From positions 1-45,967 of the forward strand of contig JBGPXN010000016.1 in NCBI GenBank assembly GCA_041492755.1: a DNA stretch of 45,967 nt, read 5' to 3'. Shown in pieces: positions 1 through 8,584 of the stretch (its first letter is position 1; each line of letters opens with the position of its first letter). Under the pieces are notes generated by a model, which had not been told where the DNA came from, searched no databases, and saw nothing but the letters and a program-made list of their open reading frames with translations. Position numbers and translations under genes: made by a program. This DNA is from Candidatus Methylomirabilia bacterium (GTDB lineage Bacteria > Methylomirabilota > Methylomirabilia > Rokubacteriales > CSP1-6).

Positions 1-181
1 CCCCCAACGCTCGGCGCCCCGGGGGACCCGGGGCGCGCCTTGATATCCCCCAACGCTCGGAGCGGCCCGGCGGAGCCGTGGCACTCCTCGAATTCCCTCA
101 CACCCTCTGAGATGGGGGCGCCGAGATGGCCCCATCGCCCCGACGCTCGCCGGCGCCCCGGGACACTGGGGGCGCTGCTCG
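1..181. repeat. Cluster of three degenerate REP-like palindromic units, truncated by the window start
   Basis: CCCCCAACGCTCGG at 1-14 and 47-60, each followed by a GC hairpin. Third unit 111-181 (GATGGGGGCGCCGAGATGGCCCCAT...). 43-100 closely matches the reverse complement of 11823-11880. Confidence 0.75.
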
Positions 182-209
182 TTTCGGGCCTCTTAGCCGC
201 GAGGAGGCG

Positions 210-827
210 TCAGGCGCGCGCGCCGACCGGGGTGGCTCGGGAGTCGAACACGGGGTTCTCGGTTCGGTCGACGAGCGCCGCGTCGCCCTCCGTCGGAAGG
301 TCCTCGGCGTAGTTCTGCGCACCGTCGATGTCGCCCGCCCACGTCTCGCGCGGCAACTCGTACAGCACCTCGATACCGTGACCGTCGGGATCGGAGATGT
401 ACACGCTGTGCGTCATGCCATGGTTCACTCGCCGATGGAACGTCACGCCCTGGCTCTGCAGGAAGGCGACCTGCTTGTGCCACGATTCGCGATCCGGCCA
501 GCAGATCGCCACGTGATTCAATCCCACCCGGGCCGGAAATAGCGACCATGGTCCGCGGTTCGGATCGTCGGGACCGGCGTCCGGGACTTCGGCCAGGGCC
601 AGGTCGTGGTGGGTCACGTCACCGTGCGGATCGACGCCGCTGTAGAAGCGCATCTTCGGCCGCTTGCGGTCAGGCTTGGGTTTGAGCTCGGCCACGCACT
701 TGAAGCCCATGATCTGCGTCCAGAACCGGTGCGAGACCTCGATGTCCCGCACGTTGAGGACGAGGTGGTTGACTCCACGAGGAGCCTGGGCCTGACTCGG
801 GGCGGCAGCGCGCGCGTCGTTCGACAT
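210..827 (-). CDS. VOC/glyoxalase superfamily protein (extradiol dioxygenase-like fold)
   Basis: GVNHLVLNVRD...HHDLAL...GLNHVAI...SVYISDPDGHGIEVLYE motifs. ATG at 827 preceded by GGAGG; the ORF-track start at 905 is an extension. Confidence 0.85.
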   Translation of the reverse strand: MSNDARAAAPSQAQAPRGVNHLVLNVRDIEVSHRFWTQIMGFKCVAELKPKPDRKRPKMRFYSGVDPHGDVTHHDLALAEVPDAGPDDPNRGPWSLFPARVGLNHVAICWPDRESWHKQVAFLQSQGVTFHRRVNHGMTHSVYISDPDGHGIEVLYELPRETWAGDIDGAQNYAEDLPTEGDAALVDRTENPVFDSRATPVGARA

Positions 828-943
828 GGCGTCCTCCCTGATCCTCGGGAACGTGAGCCACCGGCGGAAACCGAGGACCGGATGATGGTCCGCATTGTAA
901 CGCACACGCAGGCTCGTTTACTCTCTGGGCGACGGAGGAGACG

Positions 944-1960
944 ATGCGCACAGGCTCGGCTTTCGCGACGCTGGTGGTGCTCCCCATCGTGGCCCTCGGC
1001 CTGGTCCCTGGCGCCGGCGCGCAAGCGCCGGAAGAGACGACGCTCGCGGTGCCCGCGCTGTCGCTCACCTTCAGCTCCACCTTCCTCGCCGAGGAGCTCG
1101 GGTTCTGGGAGAAGGAAGGGCTCCGCGTGAAGATCGCAACCGTCGCCGGCGTTGGTGCCGCCAACGCTGTCCTCGCCGGAAGCGTCGACTTCGCCCCGGT
1201 CTCCTCACCCACGCTCGTGCGCGCGGACGCGCGCGGTCAAAAGCTCTTCGCCATCGCGCAGCTCATGGACGGGATGCCGATCGAGACCGTGCTGCGCAAG
1301 GACGTCGCCGACAAGGCGGGCATCGGGCCGGGCACGCCGATCGACAAGCGCGCGCACGCCCTGCGCGGCAAGCGCATCGCGGTGGACAGCGTCAACACCA
1401 TCAATCACCTCCTGCTGAAGTACCTGGCGCGCAAGGGTGGCCTCGATCCCGAAAAGGACCTGACCGTCACGCCGATGCAGCCGCCCAACATGATCGCCGC
1501 TCTCAAGAGCGGGGCGATCGACGGGTTCACCATGTCCATGCCGTGGCCGGTCATGGCGAGCCGGGACGGCAGCGCGGTCAGCATCATGAGCCTCGCGCGC
1601 GGCGACTTCGCCGAGCTCACCCCCTTCTCCTTCATCGTCATCGTCACTCGCCAGGGCTTGTGTGAGGGCAAGCCGTCCATCTGCCGCAAGCTCATCGCGG
1701 GCTACAAGCGCGCGTTCGCGCTCATGCAGGACAGGCCGGCCGACGCCGTCGCCGCCCTCCGCAAGAAGTTCGACAAGACCGATCCCGCCGTGCTGACCGA
1801 CGCCTTCGAGCTCGTGCGCGCGGCGAGCTCACGGACGGGTCTCGTGCCCGAGGCCGGCCTCAAGCGCGCCCTCGAGTTCCAGGTCGACGCCGGGGTGATG
1901 AAGGCGGACGAGAAGCTGCCCCCGCTGGCCGAGCTCTACACGAACAAGTACGTGCAGTGA
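944..1960 (+). CDS. NitT/TauT-family ABC transporter substrate-binding protein (SsuA/THI5-like)
   Basis: Signal peptide ending AGA-Q, GFWEKEGLRVK, LRGKRIAV, ALKSGAIDG; GGAGGAG SD; first gene of an ABC operon. Confidence 0.9.
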   Translation: MRTGSAFATLVVLPIVALGLVPGAGAQAPEETTLAVPALSLTFSSTFLAEELGFWEKEGLRVKIATVAGVGAANAVLAGSVDFAPVSSPTLVRADARGQKLFAIAQLMDGMPIETVLRKDVADKAGIGPGTPIDKRAHALRGKRIAVDSVNTINHLLLKYLARKGGLDPEKDLTVTPMQPPNMIAALKSGAIDGFTMSMPWPVMASRDGSAVSIMSLARGDFAELTPFSFIVIVTRQGLCEGKPSICRKLIAGYKRAFALMQDRPADAVAALRKKFDKTDPAVLTDAFELVRAASSRTGLVPEAGLKRALEFQVDAGVMKADEKLPPLAELYTNKYVQ

Positions 1961-2742
1961 GCCGCGGGCAGGCGTTGCGGGACCGGCTCGTCGTCGCGGT
2001 CGTCGCGCTGGCCGCGTGGCAGCTCGCCGCGCTGGTGTTCGGGGCCCACTGGGTCAGTCCACCGCTGGCGACAGCGCGACGGTTCCTGCAGCTCGTCGCC
2101 GACGGCGAGCTCGTGCGCCACGCCGGATTCACGCTGGCGGCGGCCGCGGGCGGTTTCCTCGTCGGCGGACTGCCCGGCGCCGTGATTCCCTTCGCGCTCC
2201 GACGCATGCCGCGACTGGCCGCGGTGCTCGATCCCTATCTCGTCGCCGGCTACGGGGTGCCGAAGCTCGCGCTCACGCCGCTCTTCATCCTCTGGTTCGG
2301 GATCGGGCTGGCTTCGAAGGTCGCGCTCGTCGCCAGCGTCGTCTTCTTCCTGGTGCTCTTCAGCGCCGCCGCCGGTGTGCGCGCGGCCGACGTTCGTCTG
2401 GTCGGGATGGCCCGGGTCGTGGGCGCGTCCGAGCAGGCGGTCGCGCGCCACGTCGTCTGGCCGGGCGCGGTGCCGTTCATCTTCGCCGGCTTCAAGATCT
2501 CGCTCTCGTACGCGATCGGCGCCGCCGTCGTCGGCGAGCTGATCTCGTCCAACCGCGGGCTCGGCTACCTGATCCAGGCCGCGTCGCAGGACTTCGACAC
2601 GACCACGGTGTTCGCGGGACTCATCGCGGTCACGCTGCTCGTCATCGTCATCAACGAGGCCGTCGAGGCGGCCGAGCGCCGCGTTCTCAAGTGGCGCCCG
2701 GCCGACGCCCAACCGCAGCGGCGGCTGGTCACGGCCGCGTGA
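1957..2742 (+). CDS. NitT/TauT ABC transporter permease
   Basis: PKLALTPLFILWFGIG and AVVGELISSNRGLGYLI motifs; GTGA overlap with the upstream gene. Confidence 0.92.
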   Translation: MSRGQALRDRLVVAVVALAAWQLAALVFGAHWVSPPLATARRFLQLVADGELVRHAGFTLAAAAGGFLVGGLPGAVIPFALRRMPRLAAVLDPYLVAGYGVPKLALTPLFILWFGIGLASKVALVASVVFFLVLFSAAAGVRAADVRLVGMARVVGASEQAVARHVVWPGAVPFIFAGFKISLSYAIGAAVVGELISSNRGLGYLIQAASQDFDTTTVFAGLIAVTLLVIVINEAVEAAERRVLKWRPADAQPQRRLVTAA

Positions 2743-3542
2743 GCGACACCGCCGCGCCGCTGCTCGAGGTCCGCGGGCTCGGCAAGCGGTTCGAGCCACG
2801 CGGCGCGCGCGCCGAGGGCCTGTGGGCGATTCGCGAGCTCTCGTTCGCGGTGGGCGAGCGTGAGTTCGTCACCATCGTCGGCCCGTCGGGCTCGGGCAAA
2901 TCCACGCTGCTCAACCTCATTGCCCAGATCGACGCCCCGAGCGAAGGCGAGATCCGGTTTGGCGGGCGCTCGATCGCCAGTCCGACGTCCGGCGCGCTGC
3001 GGCCCGGCTGGGAGCGGCAGTTCGGCTACGTGACCCAGGACGACACGCTCCTGCCCTGGCGCACGCTCGCCGACAACGTGCTGTTCCCTCTGCGCGTCCA
3101 GGGCCGGCTGGACGCGGAAACCCGGGAGCGCGCACGCCGGCTCATGCAGGCGGTCGGGCTGCAGGGATTCGAGCAGCACTATCCGCACGAGCTCTCGGGC
3201 GGGATGCGCAAGCGCGCGGCCCTCATCCGCACGCTCGTCTACGACCCGCCCGTGATCCTCATGGACGAGCCGTTCGGCGCGCTCGACGCCCAGACCCGCG
3301 CCCAGCTCCAGGCCGACCTCCTGAAGCTCTGGAACGGCGGGCGCAAGACGATCGTGTTCGTCACCCATGACATCGCCGAGGCCATCGCGCTCGGTGACCG
3401 CACGCTCGTGTTCACCCGCGCGCCCGCGCGCGTGCAGAGCGAGCATCGGATCGCGATCCCACGGCCGCGCGACGTGCGCAACGTCTACGGGCTCGACGGC
3501 TTCCCGGAGCTCTACGAGCGGATCCGCAAGGAGCTGGCGTGA
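2739..3542 (+). CDS. NitT/TauT ABC transporter ATP-binding protein
   Basis: Walker A GPSGSGKST, signature LSGGMRKR, Walker B ILMDEPFGALD, H-loop VTHD. GTG at 2739 overlaps the permease TGA. Confidence 0.95.
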   Translation: MSDTAAPLLEVRGLGKRFEPRGARAEGLWAIRELSFAVGEREFVTIVGPSGSGKSTLLNLIAQIDAPSEGEIRFGGRSIASPTSGALRPGWERQFGYVTQDDTLLPWRTLADNVLFPLRVQGRLDAETRERARRLMQAVGLQGFEQHYPHELSGGMRKRAALIRTLVYDPPVILMDEPFGALDAQTRAQLQADLLKLWNGGRKTIVFVTHDIAEAIALGDRTLVFTRAPARVQSEHRIAIPRPRDVRNVYGLDGFPELYERIRKELA

Positions 3543-4294
3543 TCCTGGCCGGTCGCGTCGTCCTCGGCATCGCCTGTCTCGTCGTCTGGCACGCGGCGCA
3601 TCTGGCGCTCGGCGCCGAGTGGATCTCGAGCCCGGCCGACATCGTGACGCGCACGGTGGAGATCGCCATCGACGGCGAGCTCTGGCGACACACGCTGGCC
3701 ACGCTCACCGAGGCGACCTTCGGCTTCCTGCTCGGCGGCGGCGCCGGTATCCTGGTCCCGTTCGCGCTGCGCCTGTCGCCCCGGCTCACCGCCGCGCTCG
3801 ATCCGTTCTTCGCGGCCGCGATGGGCGTGCCGAAGCTCGCGCTGGCGCCGTTGCTCATCCTCTGGTTCGGCATCGGGATCACGTCGAAGGTCATGTTCGT
3901 GGCCGCGGTCGTCTTCTTCTTCCTCTTCTTCAACACGCTCGCCGGCGTGCGCTCGGTCGACCCGCGACTCGCCTCCGCCGTGCGCGTCCTCGGCGCCCGC
4001 GAGTGGACGGTGACGTGGGAGATCGCCTGGCACACCGCGCTGCCCTACGTCTTCGCCGGCTTGAAAGTCGCGCTGCCGCGGGCAATCAGCGCGGCCGTGG
4101 TGGGTGAGTTCATCGCCGCGGATCGCGGGCTCGGCCACTACATCAACAACGCCCGCGCGATGGCCGACACCGTCGGCTTGTTCACGGGGGTGGCGGTGGT
4201 GACGCTGCTCGTCCTCGGGATCGACACGCTGCTGGAGCGGCTCCAGGCCCGGTCCCTGGCCTGGCAACCGCTGACCCGCGACGCCGGCGTGTAG
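3539..4294 (+). CDS. NitT/TauT ABC transporter permease (second paralogue)
   Basis: PKLALAPLLILWFGIG, AVVGEFIAADRGLGHYI; GTGA overlap. Confidence 0.92.
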   Translation: MILAGRVVLGIACLVVWHAAHLALGAEWISSPADIVTRTVEIAIDGELWRHTLATLTEATFGFLLGGGAGILVPFALRLSPRLTAALDPFFAAAMGVPKLALAPLLILWFGIGITSKVMFVAAVVFFFLFFNTLAGVRSVDPRLASAVRVLGAREWTVTWEIAWHTALPYVFAGLKVALPRAISAAVVGEFIAADRGLGHYINNARAMADTVGLFTGVAVVTLLVLGIDTLLERLQARSLAWQPLTRDAGV

Positions 4295-4410
4295 CCCCTG
4301 CGCGCCCGTCGCCGCCGCTGAGGTACAATCGTTTGGGGCAGCCCGGTCTACGGGGGGCCGTGACCGAGAAGTGTGCTGGCGTTGCCCACGCCTCCGCCGG
4401 GAGATGGACG

Positions 4411-4836
4411 ATGAAAAAGACCGTCGCGCTCCTCGCTCTCGTGGCGAGTGTCCTTCTGGTCGCGGCCCCGCCCGCAAGTGCCTCCGGGCGGGGGCGCGGA
4501 GGAGGCCATCCCGGTCATCACTTCCGCGGACAGCCCGTCCGACACGCGCGGGTCTTCTTCGGCACGAGCGTGTTCATCGGCCCGGCGTTCTACCCGTACT
4601 ACTATCCGCCGCCGTACTACTACTACCCCCCGGCCGTGTACGCGCCGGTCTACACCGCGCCCGTCGTCGTCGAGCCGCCGACGTACCTCCAGCAGTCGCC
4701 GCCGCCCGCCCAGGCGGCCCCGGCGCAGAGCTACTGGTACTACTGTGAGATCTCACGCGCGTACTATCCGTACGTGCAGCAGTGCCCGGGTGGCTGGCTG
4801 ACCGTCACGCCGCCCGCCGGGGGGACGACGCGATGA
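4411..4836 (+). CDS. Secreted Pro/Tyr-rich hypothetical protein
   Basis: MKKTVALLALV...ASA signal peptide, YYPPP tracts, C-terminal YWYYC...YYPYVQQCPGGW; GGAG upstream; TACAAT near 4324. Confidence 0.75.
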   Translation: MKKTVALLALVASVLLVAAPPASASGRGRGGGHPGHHFRGQPVRHARVFFGTSVFIGPAFYPYYYPPPYYYYPPAVYAPVYTAPVVVEPPTYLQQSPPPAQAAPAQSYWYYCEISRAYYPYVQQCPGGWLTVTPPAGGTTR

Positions 4837-5423
4837 AGCGCAGCGTCGTCTTCGGCATCGTCGTCCTCGCCGCCCTGCCGCTCGGGGCGTGCGCGATGGC
4901 CCCGCTGGCTCCAACCGTGATGGTGCTTCCCGGCACCGGCAAGCCCCTCGAGCAGTTCCAGGTCGACGACATCGCCTGCCGCCAGTGGGCGTTCCACCAG
5001 TCGGGCGCCGCGGCGATCCGGACTCCTGGCGAGAGCGTGGCCGGTGGCGCGGTGCTCGGTACGCTCATCGGCGCAGCCGCCGGAGCCGCCATCGGTGCCG
5101 CGGCCGGAAGCCCCGCGACGGGCGCGGCGATCGGCGCGGGCGCCGGATTGATCGGCGGCAGCGCCGTGGGCGCCAGCGCCGTCGATACGCGGTCGTGGGT
5201 GCTCCAGCGGCGCTTCGACATCGCCTATCAGCAATGCATGTACGCCAGGGGGAACCAGATCCCCGGATACGTTCGGGCCGGTGGCGCCGGGTACGTTCCA
5301 CCGCCACCTCCGCCGCCACCGGCACCGGGGCAGCGCGTGCCGGCGCCTCCACCAAACGCCGGGACTCCGCCGCCTGACGCGCCACCGCCGCCGAACGTCG
5401 CTCCGCCGCCGCCGGCGCGCTAG
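4833..5423 (+). CDS. Glycine-zipper lipoprotein with Pro-rich tail
   Basis: Lipobox LGAC, GAxxGAxxG zipper, AYQQCMYARGNQIP; ATGA overlap with the upstream gene. Confidence 0.8.
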   Translation: MKRSVVFGIVVLAALPLGACAMAPLAPTVMVLPGTGKPLEQFQVDDIACRQWAFHQSGAAAIRTPGESVAGGAVLGTLIGAAAGAAIGAAAGSPATGAAIGAGAGLIGGSAVGASAVDTRSWVLQRRFDIAYQQCMYARGNQIPGYVRAGGAGYVPPPPPPPPAPGQRVPAPPPNAGTPPPDAPPPPNVAPPPPAR

Positions 5424-5503
5424 CTCGCCGCCGCTCGGACTCGTGGCCTCGGCGCGCGCTGAATAGCACGGCGCGCCCGGGGGGCCACGGACAGGACGGG
5501 ATC

Positions 5504-6496
5504 ATGATCGTCGACTTCCAGCACCACTTCACGCCGCGCGAGCTCTTCGAGGACGACTTGGGCCAGCGGCGCGTTCTGCAATACGACGAGACCGGCGCGC
5601 CGAGCTACACCTCCCACGCCCTCCTCTACGATCTGGACGAGCACATCCGGATGATGGACACGGCCGGCATCGACGCCGCATTCCTCACCAGCGGCGCCGG
5701 GATGTGCGCCCCGCTCGAGCGCGCGCGGTTCATCAACGACAAGGCGAAGGAGGCCGAGCGTCGATACCCCGGGCGCTTCATCGGTGCCGCGCACGTTCAC
5801 CCGCTGGGCGGGCCCGACGCCTTGCGCGAGCTCGGGCGGTGCGCCGGCGATCTCGGCTTCCCCGGCGCCGTCATCACCTCGGAGGTGGATGGCCTGTTCC
5901 TGGACGCGCCCGAGTTCGAGCCGTTCTGGTCGGAGGCCTCACGCCTCGGGATGTTCGTGTTCGTCCATCCCGCGCTCAAGCTCAACTACCCGCAGCCGTT
6001 CGACGCCTACGACACGGCGCGGTCGGTGGGCCGCGAGTTCTCACTGATCATTGCCACGATCCGGTTGATCAACTCCGGCGTCCTCGACCGCCACCCGAGC
6101 CTCACCATCCACATGGCGCATCTGGGCGGCGGCATCGCGTCGATGCTCGGGCGTGTGCGGAGCTACCAGGACAAGGACTTCTGGGGAACGGCCGGGAACC
6201 CGCGGCACGGTGCGCTCCCGCACAAGGACTTCGACCACTACGTGCGCGAGCGGATCGTCTTCGACACCGCCGGCTTCTGCGGTGCCCCCGGGGCCCTGCG
6301 AACGGCCCTGGTCGAGCTGCCGTCGGACCGGATCGTATTCGCGACGGACTATCCCCAGGAGATCCGGACCCGCGAAGCGGTCCGCGACTTCGTCAACGAC
6401 GTGCGTGCGCTCGGCAAGGCCGGCGAGCAGATCCTCAGGGGAAACGTCGGCTTGCTCCTGAAAGATCGCGTGCCCGCCGGAGCGGCGACCCCGTGA
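5504..6496 (+). CDS. Amidohydrolase_2 family protein (ACMSD/decarboxylase-hydratase-like)
   Basis: IVDFQHHF, VFVHP, AHLGGG, IVFATDYP motifs. Confidence 0.85.
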   Translation: MIVDFQHHFTPRELFEDDLGQRRVLQYDETGAPSYTSHALLYDLDEHIRMMDTAGIDAAFLTSGAGMCAPLERARFINDKAKEAERRYPGRFIGAAHVHPLGGPDALRELGRCAGDLGFPGAVITSEVDGLFLDAPEFEPFWSEASRLGMFVFVHPALKLNYPQPFDAYDTARSVGREFSLIIATIRLINSGVLDRHPSLTIHMAHLGGGIASMLGRVRSYQDKDFWGTAGNPRHGALPHKDFDHYVRERIVFDTAGFCGAPGALRTALVELPSDRIVFATDYPQEIRTREAVRDFVNDVRALGKAGEQILRGNVGLLLKDRVPAGAATP

Positions 6497-6548
6497 ACGC
6501 CCCGCGGTCGGCATCCCAAATGGGCGCGTCGCATCCAAAGGAATGACC

Positions 6549-7244
6549 ATGACCGCGCGGGCGAAAGTTCGCGCGTTCTCGCGGGTCGCTTCCATGCTGC
6601 TGGCCGTGGCGGCCATCAGCGGATGCGGCGTCAGGCTTGCTCCCGCGCCCGGGGTCTCCGTCGTTCCGGGCCCGGTGCCGGGTGCCGTCGGCCGCGAGGA
6701 CGGCATCCAGATCATCGCGTACCCCGACGCCTGGACCGCATCGCCACCGACCCTGAATGCCATCGTCACGCCCATCCTGGTCGTGATCGACAACGGCGGC
6801 ACGGTACCGCTGCGCCTGCATCACGAGGACTTCGCGCTCGTCACGGACGACGGCCCGCGACTGGTCGCGTTGAATCCCTACGAGGTCACCGGATTTGCCA
6901 GCGTGCCGGCGTCGGTACCGGTGGTGGCCGCCTCGCCGCGATTCTCGTTCAGCCTGGGTATCGGCGGCTACCGTGGCGGCCGGGGGCGACCGTACTACTA
7001 CACCGACCCGTTCTACGACGACCTCTACTACCCGATCAGCGTGCAAGTGCCGCTGCCGACGCCGGAGATGGTGCAGCTCGCGCTCCCCGCGCGGACGGTC
7101 GAACCCGAAGCCCGGGCCACGGGATTCCTTTATTTCGATCGCGTGAAGCGCAAGGCCAAGCGGGTGGACTTCTCGGCGCGGCTCGTCAACGCGACCACCG
7201 GCGAGCAGATCGGAACGGTCACGATCCCGTTCGTCACCGAGTAA
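6549..7244 (+). CDS. Hypothetical lipoprotein
   Basis: Hydrophobic stretch with lipobox ISGC; AAGGA SD 6 nt before ATG 6549; C-terminal GFLYF motif. Confidence 0.7.
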   Translation: MTARAKVRAFSRVASMLLAVAAISGCGVRLAPAPGVSVVPGPVPGAVGREDGIQIIAYPDAWTASPPTLNAIVTPILVVIDNGGTVPLRLHHEDFALVTDDGPRLVALNPYEVTGFASVPASVPVVAASPRFSFSLGIGGYRGGRGRPYYYTDPFYDDLYYPISVQVPLPTPEMVQLALPARTVEPEARATGFLYFDRVKRKAKRVDFSARLVNATTGEQIGTVTIPFVTE

Positions 7245-7247
7245 GCG

Positions 7248-7306
7248 GATGGGGGCCCCGAGATGGCGAGCCCGTGATCGGAGGGAGCCGCCGAGGCCCT
7301 CTCCGA
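7248..7306. repeat. REP-like palindromes between convergent genes
   Basis: GATGGGGGCCCCGAGATGGC (same family as 111-130 and 11879-11906) followed by the imperfect hairpin TCGGAGGGAGCC-GCCGA-GGCCCTCTCCGA. Confidence 0.6.
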
Positions 7307-7336
7307 ATGTGAGATGGGCCGTGTTCAGCGGTCTGA

Positions 7337-8437
7337 TCACTCGGTGATGGGCGCCAGGCCCTGGTAGCTGAACTTCTGCACACGCTTGGCGTTGTCGACC
7401 TCGGTCGTATAGATGTTGCCCTTGGAATCGACGGCCAGGTTGTGCACCCAGTGGAGCTGGCCGGCGTACCGTCCGTTGCGGCCGAACCGTGAGAGGACCT
7501 TGCCGCCCTCGCGGGCGAGGAGCCAGATGTGATTGTTCTCGCCGTCGGCCGTGTAGAGGTACGTCTGCGTCGCGTCCTTCGAGAAGTCGAGGTCCCACAC
7601 CGACCCGTTGCCCCGCGTGTCCGGGGCCAGTGGAAACTCGGTGACGAACGCGCCGTCCTTGCGGAAGACCTGGATCCGGTTGTTGCGCCGGTCGCAGACG
7701 TACACGAGCCCGTCGCGCGCGATGCGCACGCAGTGGACCGGATTGCCGAAAGCCTTCACCGAAGCATCGCCGGGCGGGCGGCCGTTCGCGCCCCAGTGCC
7801 GCTTGTAGGCGCCGGTGGCGGCGTCGAACACGATGACGCGGTGGTTGCCGTAGCCGTCCGCCACGAAGAGCTCGTTGGTGACGGGGTCCACGCGGGTGTC
7901 GGCGGGGCGGTTCAGGTTCTGGGTGTCGCCGTCACCGCGGCTCGTTCCCGGCTTGCCGATCTGCAGCACGAAGCGGCCGTTGCGCGTGAACTTGAGGACG
8001 TGGTGGTCCTTCTCACCATTGCCGGCGAGCCAGACGTGCCCGGTGTGATCGACGAAGACCCCGTGCTCGTTGGCCGGCCAGTCGTACCCGGTGCCGGGCC
8101 CGCCCCACGCCTGGACCAGGTTGCCCTGCGCGTCGAACTCCATGACCGGCGGCGCCGGCGCGCAGCACATCGATCGCGGAGGCGTCAGGGTCGCGCCGCG
8201 CTCGTCCTCGGTGAGCGTCTTCGGCCGCTGGACGATCCACACGTGGTCGTTGGCGTCCACCGCGACGCCCGACACCTGGCCGAGCAGCCAGCGGTTGGGC
8301 AGCGGCTTCGGCCAGAACGGATCGACCGTGAACTTCGGCGCCACTCCTTCGGCCGGCCGCTGAGCGACAACCGGCGTGGCGACGGACAACGCGAGAAGAA
8401 CAAGCGCCAGAATGACGGCGGGCAGACCACGTCGCAT
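7337..8437 (-). CDS. Secreted NHL-repeat beta-propeller (peptidyl-alpha-hydroxyglycine lyase-like)
   Basis: Signal peptide; VDPFWPKPLP, LFVADGYGNHRVIVFD, YVCDRRNNRIQVF, VHNLAVDSKGNIY repeats; GGAGGAGG SD before ATG 8437. Confidence 0.85.
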   Translation of the reverse strand: MRRGLPAVILALVLLALSVATPVVAQRPAEGVAPKFTVDPFWPKPLPNRWLLGQVSGVAVDANDHVWIVQRPKTLTEDERGATLTPPRSMCCAPAPPVMEFDAQGNLVQAWGGPGTGYDWPANEHGVFVDHTGHVWLAGNGEKDHHVLKFTRNGRFVLQIGKPGTSRGDGDTQNLNRPADTRVDPVTNELFVADGYGNHRVIVFDAATGAYKRHWGANGRPPGDASVKAFGNPVHCVRIARDGLVYVCDRRNNRIQVFRKDGAFVTEFPLAPDTRGNGSVWDLDFSKDATQTYLYTADGENNHIWLLAREGGKVLSRFGRNGRYAGQLHWVHNLAVDSKGNIYTTEVDNAKRVQKFSYQGLAPITE

Positions 8438-8584
8438 CGCGTTCCTCCTCCGGCAATTGGAGGCCCGGGCCAAAGTCGCCCAAGTCTACCCGAGGCCACG
8501 CGAACAGGACGGATTCCTGGAGGGACACATTCGATCACCGATTTCTTGGGGGGTTTTCGCGAGCCCGCCCCTATCGTGGCCTTC

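Noticed and set aside
5285..5420. CCG-rich tracts here and in gspC/gspD as DNA repeats
   Set aside because: Explained by poly-proline coding; no independent repeat structure.
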